From Parcubacteria group bacterium GW2011_GWA1_56_13 (GTDB taxonomy: Bacteria; Patescibacteriota; Minisyncoccia; Phycocordibacterales; Phycocordibacteraceae): a DNA stretch of 64,000 bases. The stretch lies in the NCBI GenBank assembly GCA_001004905.1, contig LCRY01000002.1, positions 378,129 through 442,128 of the forward strand, in the 5' to 3' direction. Shown here one piece after another: positions 1-8,904 of this stretch (position 1 is the stretch's first letter; each line of letters opens with the position of its first letter). The translations under genes and the position numbers were made by a program. The notes under the pieces were generated by a model that did not search any database, was not told the DNA's origin, and saw nothing but the letters and a program-made list of their open reading frames with translations.

Positions 1-55
1 CCGTACAACCAACATAATGCCCGTCATTACATCGTAAGCTGTAAATGTAATACAT
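1..55 (-). CDS. GIY-YIG nuclease family protein, 5' fragment (runs off window edge)
   Basis: Hand translation from ATG at 55: MYYIYSLRCNDGHYVGCT; YIY...YVGCT is the GIY-YIG N-terminal signature. Confidence 0.75.
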   Translation of the reverse strand, partial: MYYIYSLRCNDGHYVGCT

Positions 56-65
56 AATTTTCTTC

Positions 66-294
66 CCGCCTTCGCTCGTCTTGGCGGATTTCATCACGCC
101 GAAGCCGAGCTACTGCGAGGCGAAGGCGGAGAGGGTGGGACCGTGAGTACACTTTCGGTCACACATAAAATCCTGCTGGATTTTTGCGCGGCCCCGCCTC
201 GTCCTTCAACAACCTCAGGACTCCGGCTTTCGAATCCCACCCTCTCGCGCAAAATATAATCGCTGGAAGCTTTCGCTTCCGACTCGTTATTTTG
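66..294. repeat. tRNA-Ser 3'-end-derived repeat and hairpin cluster
   Basis: Direct copy of the tRNA 3' end (125-140), inverted copy ttcgaatcccaccctctc (~229-246), inverted repeat ccgccttcgc/gcgaaggcgg (66-75/120-129). Confidence 0.75.
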
Positions 295-381
295 CGGAGA
301 GGGTGGGATTCGAACCCACGAGGAACTTTCGCCCCTGCTGGTTTTCGAAACCAGTGCATTCGACCACTCTGCCACCTCTCC
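295..381 (-). tRNA. tRNA-Ser(CGA)
   Basis: Cloverleaf with long variable arm; anticodon arm CTGGT-TTCGAAA-ACCAG; T loop GGTTCGAATCC. Confidence 0.95.
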
Positions 382-491
382 GTGTGTGCCGCGATTCTAG
401 CATTTCAGCAGAAAAATGGTAAGGTTTTAATCACGGCTAAACCATTCCACAAAGCGGAATGGTCGCCCAAATAAATCAAGATTTGTTTTAT

Positions 492-563
492 GGCCCTATC
501 GTCTAACGGTTAGGACGAGAGCTTTTCAAGCTCTAAACCCGGGTTCGACTCCCGGTAGGGTCA
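492..563 (+). tRNA. tRNA-Glu(TTC)
   Basis: GGCCCTA/TAGGGTC acceptor stem; AGAGC-TTTTCAA-GCTCT; GGTTCGACTCC. Confidence 0.95.
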
Positions 564-583
564 CACAAGGTATACTTCAATTC

Positions 584-1205
584 GTGAAAATAATCTTTCT
601 CAATGCGTGGGGCGGAAAAATGAAAAAGGAGTTGCGCGGCTTTTTTGAACTGCAGGTACAGGTCTGCGATAGAAAGGTTCGATATGGCGACGTACGTTCG
701 CAAGACAGTTCCCGTGCGGCACTCCGAACTCGCATTCCACGATGGGGAGAGAATGTCGGGGATGGGTATATGCACGGAGATCGAATACCGGGGAAACCTC
801 CTCTATGTCCTCAATTACGGCGGCATATCGCGCCCTGGAAAACTCGACACGCCGGAGCGCATCCGGCAGTCGAAAAAGATTCTTGCGTACTACGGTACAA
901 AACAAGGACCGAAGATACTCGGCGGCGACTTCAACGTACTGCCTGAGACGAGGAGCATTCAGATGTTCATTGAGCACGGATACCGCGAACTCGTCCACGA
1001 ATTCGCCATACCGACGACGAGGAACCATTTGGCATGGGACAGATTCCCCACGAAACTGCTGTTTTCGGACTATGTGTTCGTCTCGAACGATATCGAGGTG
1101 AAAGATTTCAAGGTGCCGGATATGGAAATTTCCGACCATCTGCCGCTCATCCTAGAGTGCGACCCTCCGCCGGCTCGGATTATGGGCAGCTCTGTTGGCT
1201 CGTGA
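584..1205 (+). pseudogene. Endonuclease/exonuclease/phosphatase (EEP) family gene, frameshifted near the 5' end
   Basis: N-terminus MKIIFLNAWGG (584 frame) is out of frame with the catalytic part (GGDFN, SDYVF, SDHLP in 645..1205); the QE motif segment is absent. Confidence 0.7.
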
Positions 1206-1220
1206 TATAGTCCAGGTCAC

Positions 1221-1293
1221 GCGCGGTTAGCTCAGTTGGTAGAGCACTTCCTTGACGTGGATGGGGTCATAGGTTCGAGTCCTATACCGCGCA
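1221..1293 (+). tRNA. tRNA-Val(GAC)
   Basis: GCGCGGT/ACCGCGC acceptor stem; anticodon loop TTGACGT; GGTTCGAGTCC. Confidence 0.93.
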
Positions 1294-1351
1294 CTAGCGA
1301 CACCTGACCAGGTCCCGTACATCACTTGATTTCGTGCTATAACATTATCTA

Positions 1352-2161
1352 ATGCGTCCCAAACGGCACGGCACATACGAAAAAAGAGAGCGGCCTGCGC
1401 ACCGCTCATCCTCTCCCGGAAAGATACATGTGTACGGCAAGCACGCGCTCATGGAAGCGCTCCAGCATAGCCCGCAGGTCATTCGCAAGGTGTTCCTCTC
1501 GCCAGGCCTGCGCGACACGGAGTTGAACGTCCTCCTCACGAAGCACAACATTCCCACCGCTCCGCTTGCGCCGGGCCGCGGCTCGGAACTCGTGGGACGC
1601 GACACGGCGCATCAGGGCATTATCGCCACAATGAACCCCTCTTCCCTGCTCGTTTCACTGGATGACTTTCTGGCGACTCTTCCTGCGTCAAGATCCACTA
1701 AAACCTCGGTTGCGGTTTTAGCGGAAGTACAAGACCCGCACAATGTCGGTGCCATCATACGCTCGGCCGCGGCGTTCGGGCTCACCGGCGTTCTCATTCC
1801 CGAGCATAATCAGGCGGGTGTCACCGGCGCGGTCGTAAAGGCGTCGGCGGGCATGGTATTCCGCATCCCGCTCGTTTCCATAGGCAACGTGAATCACGCT
1901 CTGCAGGTGCTCAAACAAAAAGGGTTCTGGACCTACGGCCTCGCGATGGATGGAAAGACAACGCTCGGCGCCGAGCCGTTCGACGCGCCCGCGGCATTCG
2001 TCGTCGGCAATGAAGGAGCCGGTATACGGGAAAAAACGCTCACCGCCTGCGACATAACGCTCAAGGTTCCCATGCACGCACGCACCGAATCACTGAACGC
2101 CGCCGTTTCCGCCGCCATCGTCTTTTACGAGTGGTCGAGAAAGCACCCCGAAGCCCTATGA
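1352..2161 (+). CDS. rlmB: TrmH/SpoU-family 23S rRNA 2'-O-methyltransferase (RlmB-like)
   Basis: DPHNVGAIIRSA, VGNEGAGI and ESLNAAVSAAI SPOUT motifs. Confidence 0.85.
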   Translation: MRPKRHGTYEKRERPAHRSSSPGKIHVYGKHALMEALQHSPQVIRKVFLSPGLRDTELNVLLTKHNIPTAPLAPGRGSELVGRDTAHQGIIATMNPSSLLVSLDDFLATLPASRSTKTSVAVLAEVQDPHNVGAIIRSAAAFGLTGVLIPEHNQAGVTGAVVKASAGMVFRIPLVSIGNVNHALQVLKQKGFWTYGLAMDGKTTLGAEPFDAPAAFVVGNEGAGIREKTLTACDITLKVPMHARTESLNAAVSAAIVFYEWSRKHPEAL

Positions 2162-2204
2162 CCAGTTCAATTTCATTCAGGGTCATGGTGAGTTTTATCG
2201 AACC

Positions 2205-3068
2205 ATGACCCACGACCGGCACCTCGTTTCCCCTCCCTGGGACGATTATGAGCTTCTGGACTCGGGAGACAATATGAAGCTCGAGCGCTTCGGCCGCATC
2301 ACCATCGCGCGCCCTGAAACGCAGGCGCTTTGGGCGAAATGGCGGCCGCAGATATGGAAAGAAGCGGACGCCGAATTCGTCTTTCGCGACAAGAAAGGCG
2401 CGTGGGACATAAAAAAGCCGGTACCCGAGCGGTGGGAGCTCTCATGGAACGGCATCTGCTTCGGCGCACGGCTCACCAGATTCAAGCACACGGGCGTATT
2501 TCCCGAACAGTCCCCGAACTGGCAGTGGCTTACAGATACGATCGCAACGCTTGAAAAACCGAATGTGCTGAATCTATTCGGCTATACCGGCGTCGCTTCG
2601 CTCGCCGCCGCGCACGCGGGCGCGTTCGTGACGCATGTGGACGCCTCCAAACAATCGCTCGACTGGGCAAACCTAAATGCAAAACTGTCGCATGTGGACG
2701 AAGGCAGCATCCGGTGGATTCTGGACGATGCGCTCGCCTTCGCGAAGCGCGAAGCGCGGCGCGGCACCACCTACGACGGCATCATCCTCGACCCGCCCGC
2801 ATTCGGGCGGGGCGCTAAGGGCGAGGTCTGGAAGATCGAGGAAGATTTCCCCGTCCTGCTCCGGTCCCTCAAAGATCTGCTTTCGGAGAAACCCGGCTCA
2901 TTTTTTCTCGTCAACGGCTATGCCGCCGGCTACGCGTCCCGCTCCTTCGCGCAGGCGGTCGAAGGCATGTTTGGGAACGTCAATGGTGAAGCGGGCGAGC
3001 TCCATATAAAGGAGTCCTCGTCGGAACGGGTCATCCCTTCCGGTATCTATGTGCGCTTCACACGATAA
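2205..3068 (+). CDS. Class I SAM-dependent methyltransferase (RlmI/RlmK-like)
   Basis: VLNLFGYTG, HVDAS and ILDPPAFG motifs. Confidence 0.85.
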   Translation: MTHDRHLVSPPWDDYELLDSGDNMKLERFGRITIARPETQALWAKWRPQIWKEADAEFVFRDKKGAWDIKKPVPERWELSWNGICFGARLTRFKHTGVFPEQSPNWQWLTDTIATLEKPNVLNLFGYTGVASLAAAHAGAFVTHVDASKQSLDWANLNAKLSHVDEGSIRWILDDALAFAKREARRGTTYDGIILDPPAFGRGAKGEVWKIEEDFPVLLRSLKDLLSEKPGSFFLVNGYAAGYASRSFAQAVEGMFGNVNGEAGELHIKESSSERVIPSGIYVRFTR

Positions 3069-3085
3069 GCGGGTACACTACCCTC

Positions 3086-3946
3086 ATGAGCGGAAAAGGC
3101 ATCGTTATCCTCTACCACGGCGGCTGCCCTGACGGCTTCGGCGGCGCCTACGCCGCCTGGAAGAAATTCGGCGACTCGGCCGAATACATACCGGTAAAGC
3201 ACCAGCGGCCGGCTCCCGAAAATCTTGAAGGTCGTTCGCTCTATTTCGTTGATTTTTGCTATCCAAAGGACATTATGGATTCTTTCGTGGCGAAAGCGAA
3301 ATCGGTCGCCGTACTTGACCACCATATGAGCGCAAAAGATGTGGTTCAAAGCATGCCTGCCTTCGTGTTCGACAACAGGCGTTCCGGCGCGACCATTGCA
3401 TGGAACTATTTCCATCCCGATACTCCGGTGCCAAAACTGCTCACCTACGTCGAGGACGGCGATCTCTACACGTTCAAACTGCCCGATTCGCGGGCCATTT
3501 TGTCGTACACGTACGCCCGCCCGTTCCGTTTCGATGAATGGGACATGCTTGCAGGACGGCTCGAAACCGATGAAGGATATGCCGAATTCGTACGGGTCGG
3601 AAAGATCTACGCGGAGCATTTCGCCATCCTCGTTGAACAGATCGCGAGCAGAGCATCACTGGTCTCATTCGAAGGCTATGAATGCTATCTCGTCGGCAGT
3701 GCGGGCCTGTTCGCATCGGACGTCGGGAATCTCCTTGCCCGCATAAAGCCCCCGATGGGGATCATTCTCATGATGAGCGCGGATACGCTTTCCGTATCGC
3801 TGCGGAGCGATGCGTCCGTGGACGTGTCTGCTATCGCGAAAAAATATGGCGGCGGCGGGCATCCGCAGGCCTCCGGTTTTGATATCAAATGGGGCGACCC
3901 ACTCCCTTGGACCGTTCTCAAAGAACATGAGAATCCTCGCCACTGA
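3086..3946 (+). CDS. DHH/DHHA1 family phosphoesterase
   Basis: CPDG, FVDF, LDHH, SLRS and GGGGHPQASG motifs. Confidence 0.88.
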   Translation: MSGKGIVILYHGGCPDGFGGAYAAWKKFGDSAEYIPVKHQRPAPENLEGRSLYFVDFCYPKDIMDSFVAKAKSVAVLDHHMSAKDVVQSMPAFVFDNRRSGATIAWNYFHPDTPVPKLLTYVEDGDLYTFKLPDSRAILSYTYARPFRFDEWDMLAGRLETDEGYAEFVRVGKIYAEHFAILVEQIASRASLVSFEGYECYLVGSAGLFASDVGNLLARIKPPMGIILMMSADTLSVSLRSDASVDVSAIAKKYGGGGHPQASGFDIKWGDPLPWTVLKEHENPRH

Positions 3947-4013
3947 AATGCCCTGCGACCCCGGTAGCACAACCTCGTTCCGCTCGGTTGGCTTACGGGG
4001 CAGGCGAAACTAA
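3927..4013 (+). mobile_element. Abandoned tsaD 5' copy plus ~43-bp palindromic element
   Basis: Encodes MRILATEMPCD (tsaD starts MRILAIETSCD), followed by ccccggtagcacaacctcgttccgctcggttggcttacggggc, which matches the element upstream of typA. Confidence 0.7.
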
Positions 4014-4016
4014 AGT

Positions 4017-5225
4017 ATGCGTATTCTTGCTATAGAAACGAGCTGTGATGAAACCGCCATCGCCATTGTCGAGGCAACGGGGGATGAAAAAGCGGCGAAG
4101 TTCCGCGTACTCGGGAATGCGCTTCTCTCGCAGGTCGAGACACACGCGAAGTATGGGGGCGTTTTTCCGTCCCTCGCGAAACGCGAGCACGCGAAAAATC
4201 TCGTTCCGATACTCGAAGCGGCGCTCGAAGAAGCGGAACTTTTGCACGAAGATACGCAGGTGATTCCGGATACCATCCGGAATCAGGTCGAGAAAATCCT
4301 TGAGCGAGAACCCGAGCTCGGCGAGCCGTTCCTCGACTTCGTCTCGGAATCCGAACGACCCGACATAGACGCCATCGCGGTAACGGCTGGTCCGGGGCTT
4401 GAACCGGCGCTATGGGTCGGCATCAATTTCGCGCGTGCTCTCTCGCTCCTCTGGGGAAAGCCCCTCGTCGCTGTTAACCACATGGAGGGCCACGTGATTT
4501 CCGCCTTGGCTAACGGAAATCACGTCGCCCCGCCCTTGGCGGGTAGCGACGCGCGAGCGTATCTTGAGATCAAAAACGTTGAGATACCGGTGCTGGCGCT
4601 TCTGATTTCCGGCGGGCACACCGAGCTCGTTGTCATGAGGAAGTGGCTCTCGTATGAACGCGTTGGCCAGACGCGCGACGACGCGGTGGGCGAAGCGTTC
4701 GATAAAGTCGCCCGCATGCTCGCGCTCCCCTATCCGGGCGGGCCTGAAATATCGCGTCTCGCCGAAGCGTCCCGCTCCGCGGGCGACACCCCTTCGTTCA
4801 CCCTGCCGCGGCCGATGATGCACTCGGATGTCTGCGATTTCTCGTTCGCGGGACTGAAGACGGCGGTGCTGTACCTGCTGAAGACGAAAACGGACCTGAC
4901 GGCCAAGGAAAAACAACACATCGCGCACGAATTCGAGAACGCCGTCGCCGAAGTGCTGTGGAGGAAGACCGAGTTGGCGCTTGGGCGGACGGGCGCGCGT
5001 ACGCTGGTCCTGGGCGGCGGCGTCTCGGCGAACGCGCACATCCGCCGCGAGTTCGCGCGCAACATGCGGCGGGAATATCCCGACCGCGCGCTGCGTATCC
5101 CTGCGGCCTCGCTCACGACCGACAACGCCATCATGATAGCCCTCGCCGGCTTCTACCGGGCGCGTCAGAACGATTTCGCGTCCGCCGATGCGCTTCAAGC
5201 CGACGGAAACGCCCGTCTCGGATAA
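4017..5225 (+). CDS. tsaD: tRNA N6-adenosine threonylcarbamoyltransferase TsaD
   Basis: IETSCDET, GPGL, HMEGH, SGGHT, DDAVGEAFDK, TDNAIMI. Confidence 0.96.
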   Translation: MRILAIETSCDETAIAIVEATGDEKAAKFRVLGNALLSQVETHAKYGGVFPSLAKREHAKNLVPILEAALEEAELLHEDTQVIPDTIRNQVEKILEREPELGEPFLDFVSESERPDIDAIAVTAGPGLEPALWVGINFARALSLLWGKPLVAVNHMEGHVISALANGNHVAPPLAGSDARAYLEIKNVEIPVLALLISGGHTELVVMRKWLSYERVGQTRDDAVGEAFDKVARMLALPYPGGPEISRLAEASRSAGDTPSFTLPRPMMHSDVCDFSFAGLKTAVLYLLKTKTDLTAKEKQHIAHEFENAVAEVLWRKTELALGRTGARTLVLGGGVSANAHIRREFARNMRREYPDRALRIPAASLTTDNAIMIALAGFYRARQNDFASADALQADGNARLG

Positions 5226-5260
5226 TTTGCGGGCTTTCGCCGCAGGGGTATACTGGCTTC

Positions 5261-5947
5261 ATGAACCAGGTGCGGCCCGACCAGTCCCTCCAACAGTTCC
5301 AGTCCGGTGTCGCAGCTATGTACGGTCTGGCGGACGACCGGCACTACTCCATCTTCGACCTTCTGACCCAGCTGCAGCGCTTCACCATGCGCGTCCTCAA
5401 GGGCATCCGCAAGGGCGACGATGAGAAACTGCGCACCAACCTTCTCATATCCTGCACGTGGCTCATGGCTATCGCGAATCGTCTGCATATCAACGTCGAG
5501 GACCAGGTATGGGAACGCTTCCCCGCCCTTTGCTCATACTGCGGCCTTGCGCCCTGCAAGTGCAAAAAGATACACCCGGAAAAACGCGCGGAAATAAAAC
5601 ACGACCACTCACAGCGTCCCGCCAACATCAAGGGATTTCAAGAAATGTTCCGCTCCGTCTATCCGCCCGAAAGTCGCACCCTGCTTGATGCCGGCGTGCA
5701 CCTCGCCGAGGAGACGGGCGAGGTGAGCGAGGCCATCCACAACTTCCTCGGCCAGCATCTGCAAAAGCAATTCGATGAAATAGAAAAGGAGATAGCCGAT
5801 TACGTTTCCTGCCTTTTCGGCGTGGCGAATTCCGCTTCCATCGACATCGCTCCCGCGCTCCACGATATGTTCAAGGACGGCTGCCACGTGTGCCACCGCA
5901 CCCCGTGCACCTGCACATTTTCGGAGGTGACCGCGTTCCGATCGTAA
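5261..5947 (+). CDS. MazG-like NTP pyrophosphohydrolase, two domains each followed by a Cys cluster
   Basis: LAEETGEVSEA...EIAD MazG motif; CSYCGLAPCKC and CHVCHRTPCTC; start set at ATG 5261. Confidence 0.7.
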   Translation: MNQVRPDQSLQQFQSGVAAMYGLADDRHYSIFDLLTQLQRFTMRVLKGIRKGDDEKLRTNLLISCTWLMAIANRLHINVEDQVWERFPALCSYCGLAPCKCKKIHPEKRAEIKHDHSQRPANIKGFQEMFRSVYPPESRTLLDAGVHLAEETGEVSEAIHNFLGQHLQKQFDEIEKEIADYVSCLFGVANSASIDIAPALHDMFKDGCHVCHRTPCTCTFSEVTAFRS

Positions 5948-5998
5948 GGACGGAGCCGGTGAGAATATTCGTCCGATATTTGCTATATTTCATAGACA

Positions 5999-8209
5999 AT
6001 GCCCGAAAAATTCCTGAAACCATACGACCCCGCGGCGACGGAGTCGCGCGTCTATGCGGAGTGGGAAAAAAGCGGGCTCTTTAATCCCGACGAGTGCGTC
6101 AAACAGGGCGTCACAACGGCCGATGCCCCTCCCTACTCCATCGTGCTTCCGCCGCCGAACGTCACCGGGCGATTGCATATGGGTCACGCGCTCATGCTTG
6201 CCGTCGAGGACGCGTTCGTGCGGTACAGGCGCATGCGCGGCTTCCGCACACTCTGGGTACCCGGCACCGACCACGCAGCCATCGCGACGCAATCGGTCGT
6301 TGAGAAACAGCTTAAGAAGGACACCGGAAAGAACCGCCACGACCTCGGACGCGAGGGCTTGTTGAAGCACATCGAAGCGTTCGCGGCCGAGAGTCATGAC
6401 ACCATCGTCGGACAGCTCAAGACGATGGGTGCTTCGCTCGATTGGTCGCGCGAAGCGTTCACGCTTGATGAGGTGCGCAGCCGCGCGGTGCGCAACGTGT
6501 TCAAGCAGATGTATGATGCCGGCCTCATTTACCGGGGGCTTCGCATCGTCAACTGGGACCCAAAAGGCCAGACCACTATTTCCGACGACGAGATCGTGTA
6601 CGAAGAACGCCCCGCGAAGCTCTATACGTTCCGCTACAGCAAGGACTTCCCCATTCCGATCGCAACGACACGCCCTGAAACGAAGGTGGGCGACGTGGCG
6701 GTCGCCGTCCACCCGGATGACGCGCGATACGCCGGATTCGTTGGAAAAGAATACGACGCTCTTTTCTGCGACGTGCCCATCCATATAAAGGTGGTGGCGG
6801 ATGCCGCGGTTGACCCGGCGTTTGGTACGGGCGCCGTCGGCGTAACGCCGGCGCACAGCCAGACCGACTGGGACATCGCTGACCGGCACCTCCTTTCGCA
6901 CGAAACTATCGTCATAAACGAGTACGCGAAGATGATGGTACCCGGCCGCCTCGAAGGAAAGAAGACCTCCGAGGCGCGCGAGATGGTCGTTGCGTGGCTT
7001 ACGGACGAAGAACTGCTTGAGAAAGAAGAGCCCATCACGCAAAGCATAGCGACGGCGGAACGCACCGGCGGCATTATCGAGCCCCTGCCGAAACTACAAT
7101 GGTTCATCGCCGTGGACACGAAAATCCCGGGCCGCGGAAAAACGCTCAAGGAGCTCATGCTGGAACCCGTACGTTCCGGAGCGATCAAGATCGTTCCCGA
7201 ATATTTCGACAAAACCTATTTCCACTGGATAGAGAACCTGCGCGATTGGTGCATCAGCCGGCAGATCTGGTATGGGCACCGGATACCCGTCTGGTACCGT
7301 TCGCCTGACGCTCACGGCAAGCAAGGCGAGGAAATAATGGTCGGTATCGAGCCGAAGGAGGCCGGGTGGTCCCAGGACGAGGATACGCTTGATACGTGGT
7401 TCTCTTCGGGTTTGTGGACATTCTCGACCTTGGGATGGCCGGAGGACACTGCGGACATTAAGACATATCACCCCACCGACCTGCTCGAAACCGGTTACGA
7501 CATCCTCTTTTTCTGGGTCGCGCGCATGATACTCATGACCGAATTCGTACTGAACACCGTTCCGTTCAAAACCGTGTACCTGCACGGCCTCGTTCGCGAT
7601 GCACAGGGGCGCAAAATGTCGAAATCGCTCGGCAACAGCCTCGACCCCTTGGACATATCGGCGAAGTTCGGTGCAGATGCGGCACGGATGGCGCTCGTCG
7701 TCGGCAATACTCCGGGAACCGATCTGCGCATGAGCGAAGACAAGATAAAGGGCTACAAACACTTCGCGAACAAGCTTTGGAACATCGCGCGGTTCATTTT
7801 AGAAAATACTCCCAATGCTGACACGAATACGCCATTGACCGCCGAGGATAAAGAGGTTTTTTCCAAACTCGATGCGCTCGCCCGTGAAGTGACGGAGGAT
7901 ATGGAGAACTATCGCATCTATCTCGCCGCCGAAAAGCTCTATCACTATGCGTGGCACGAGCTCGCGGACAAGATATTGGAAGAGTCGAAACCCATATTCG
8001 CAGGAAGCGACGAAGCCGCGCGCGCTTCGCGCGCGCGGCTCCTCCTCGCGCTCCTCGATCGCACCCTGCGGCTCCTGCACCCATTCATGCCGTTCATCAC
8101 CGAGGAAATTTATCAGTCCATGCCGACGAAAGATTCCGAATTCCTGATGGTCGCCAAGTGGCCTATTCAATCTGAAAAATTGAAACTCTCTAAGTCAATT
8201 TCCAGATAA
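5999..8209 (+). CDS. valS: Valine--tRNA ligase (short form, no C-terminal coiled coil)
   Basis: PPPNVTGRLHMGH, DWCISRQ, DTWFSS, KMSKS. Confidence 0.97.
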   Translation: MPEKFLKPYDPAATESRVYAEWEKSGLFNPDECVKQGVTTADAPPYSIVLPPPNVTGRLHMGHALMLAVEDAFVRYRRMRGFRTLWVPGTDHAAIATQSVVEKQLKKDTGKNRHDLGREGLLKHIEAFAAESHDTIVGQLKTMGASLDWSREAFTLDEVRSRAVRNVFKQMYDAGLIYRGLRIVNWDPKGQTTISDDEIVYEERPAKLYTFRYSKDFPIPIATTRPETKVGDVAVAVHPDDARYAGFVGKEYDALFCDVPIHIKVVADAAVDPAFGTGAVGVTPAHSQTDWDIADRHLLSHETIVINEYAKMMVPGRLEGKKTSEAREMVVAWLTDEELLEKEEPITQSIATAERTGGIIEPLPKLQWFIAVDTKIPGRGKTLKELMLEPVRSGAIKIVPEYFDKTYFHWIENLRDWCISRQIWYGHRIPVWYRSPDAHGKQGEEIMVGIEPKEAGWSQDEDTLDTWFSSGLWTFSTLGWPEDTADIKTYHPTDLLETGYDILFFWVARMILMTEFVLNTVPFKTVYLHGLVRDAQGRKMSKSLGNSLDPLDISAKFGADAARMALVVGNTPGTDLRMSEDKIKGYKHFANKLWNIARFILENTPNADTNTPLTAEDKEVFSKLDALAREVTEDMENYRIYLAAEKLYHYAWHELADKILEESKPIFAGSDEAARASRARLLLALLDRTLRLLHPFMPFITEEIYQSMPTKDSEFLMVAKWPIQSEKLKLSKSISR

Positions 8210-8904
8210 TCGTAATACTTCTTGTTTTCAAGATCATAACTACCGTTTTCAAATTTATTTTTCGGATTCGAGAGTTTGAGAGGGTTTTTCTGGAACAGGC
8301 AGACTTCACTCTTTAGTGGCTTGCCAGGATAAAAATGGAGAACCCATTTTTCTGTACCAGGAACAAACCGATTATTGAAGTTGAGTTTGCCTTTTGCGGC
8401 GAGATAAATGGTGGTGATTTCCTCGAGAATAAACATTATTTCTTTTTCTCCCAACCCATGTGGAGCATTTTTACAATCAAATTCAACACATGAACGAAAT
8501 TGAGCATCAGTTTTATACAAATCGAGCACTTTTGTGAATGTTGAAGGAAAGATCTCGGAATTATCTATAATGACTTGCCCAAAAGTATAGAATGAAAAAG
8601 CTTTTTTGATCCAAATATTGTCTTTCAAAACAATATTCATAAATCCATTTTTGTGCGCGACCATCAGTTCTTTATACCGATCACGGAGCATATTGGCCGG
8701 CTCATCGGAATGGAAATATAGATAATCGGAATACCAGGTCACCATTCCGATACCTTCAGTCCTATTAATCTTGGTGTCTATCCATTTTAGATCTTCAAAA
8801 CATTTTTCTGGGCTTTGGCGATTGCCTATACGGCTCATAGAAATGCCCCAAAATAGTATCCCCTCCTCGTTAGGTAATCGGCTTATGTCATGAAATCCAT
8901 GCAT
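8167..8904 (-). CDS. Putative tRNA-dependent cyclodipeptide synthase (CDPS)
   Basis: 245 aa; GISMS, FILEE and YPG motifs in CDPS order; strongly AT-rich relative to flanks. Confidence 0.6.
   Translation of the reverse strand: MHGFHDISRLPNEEGILFWGISMSRIGNRQSPEKCFEDLKWIDTKINRTEGIGMVTWYSDYLYFHSDEPANMLRDRYKELMVAHKNGFMNIVLKDNIWIKKAFSFYTFGQVIIDNSEIFPSTFTKVLDLYKTDAQFRSCVEFDCKNAPHGLGEKEIMFILEEITTIYLAAKGKLNFNNRFVPGTEKWVLHFYPGKPLKSEVCLFQKNPLKLSNPKNKFENGSYDLENKKYYDYLEIDLESFNFSD

Noticed and set aside
94-474. Short ORFs at the window start
   Set aside because: They overlap tRNA-Ser and its repeat copies
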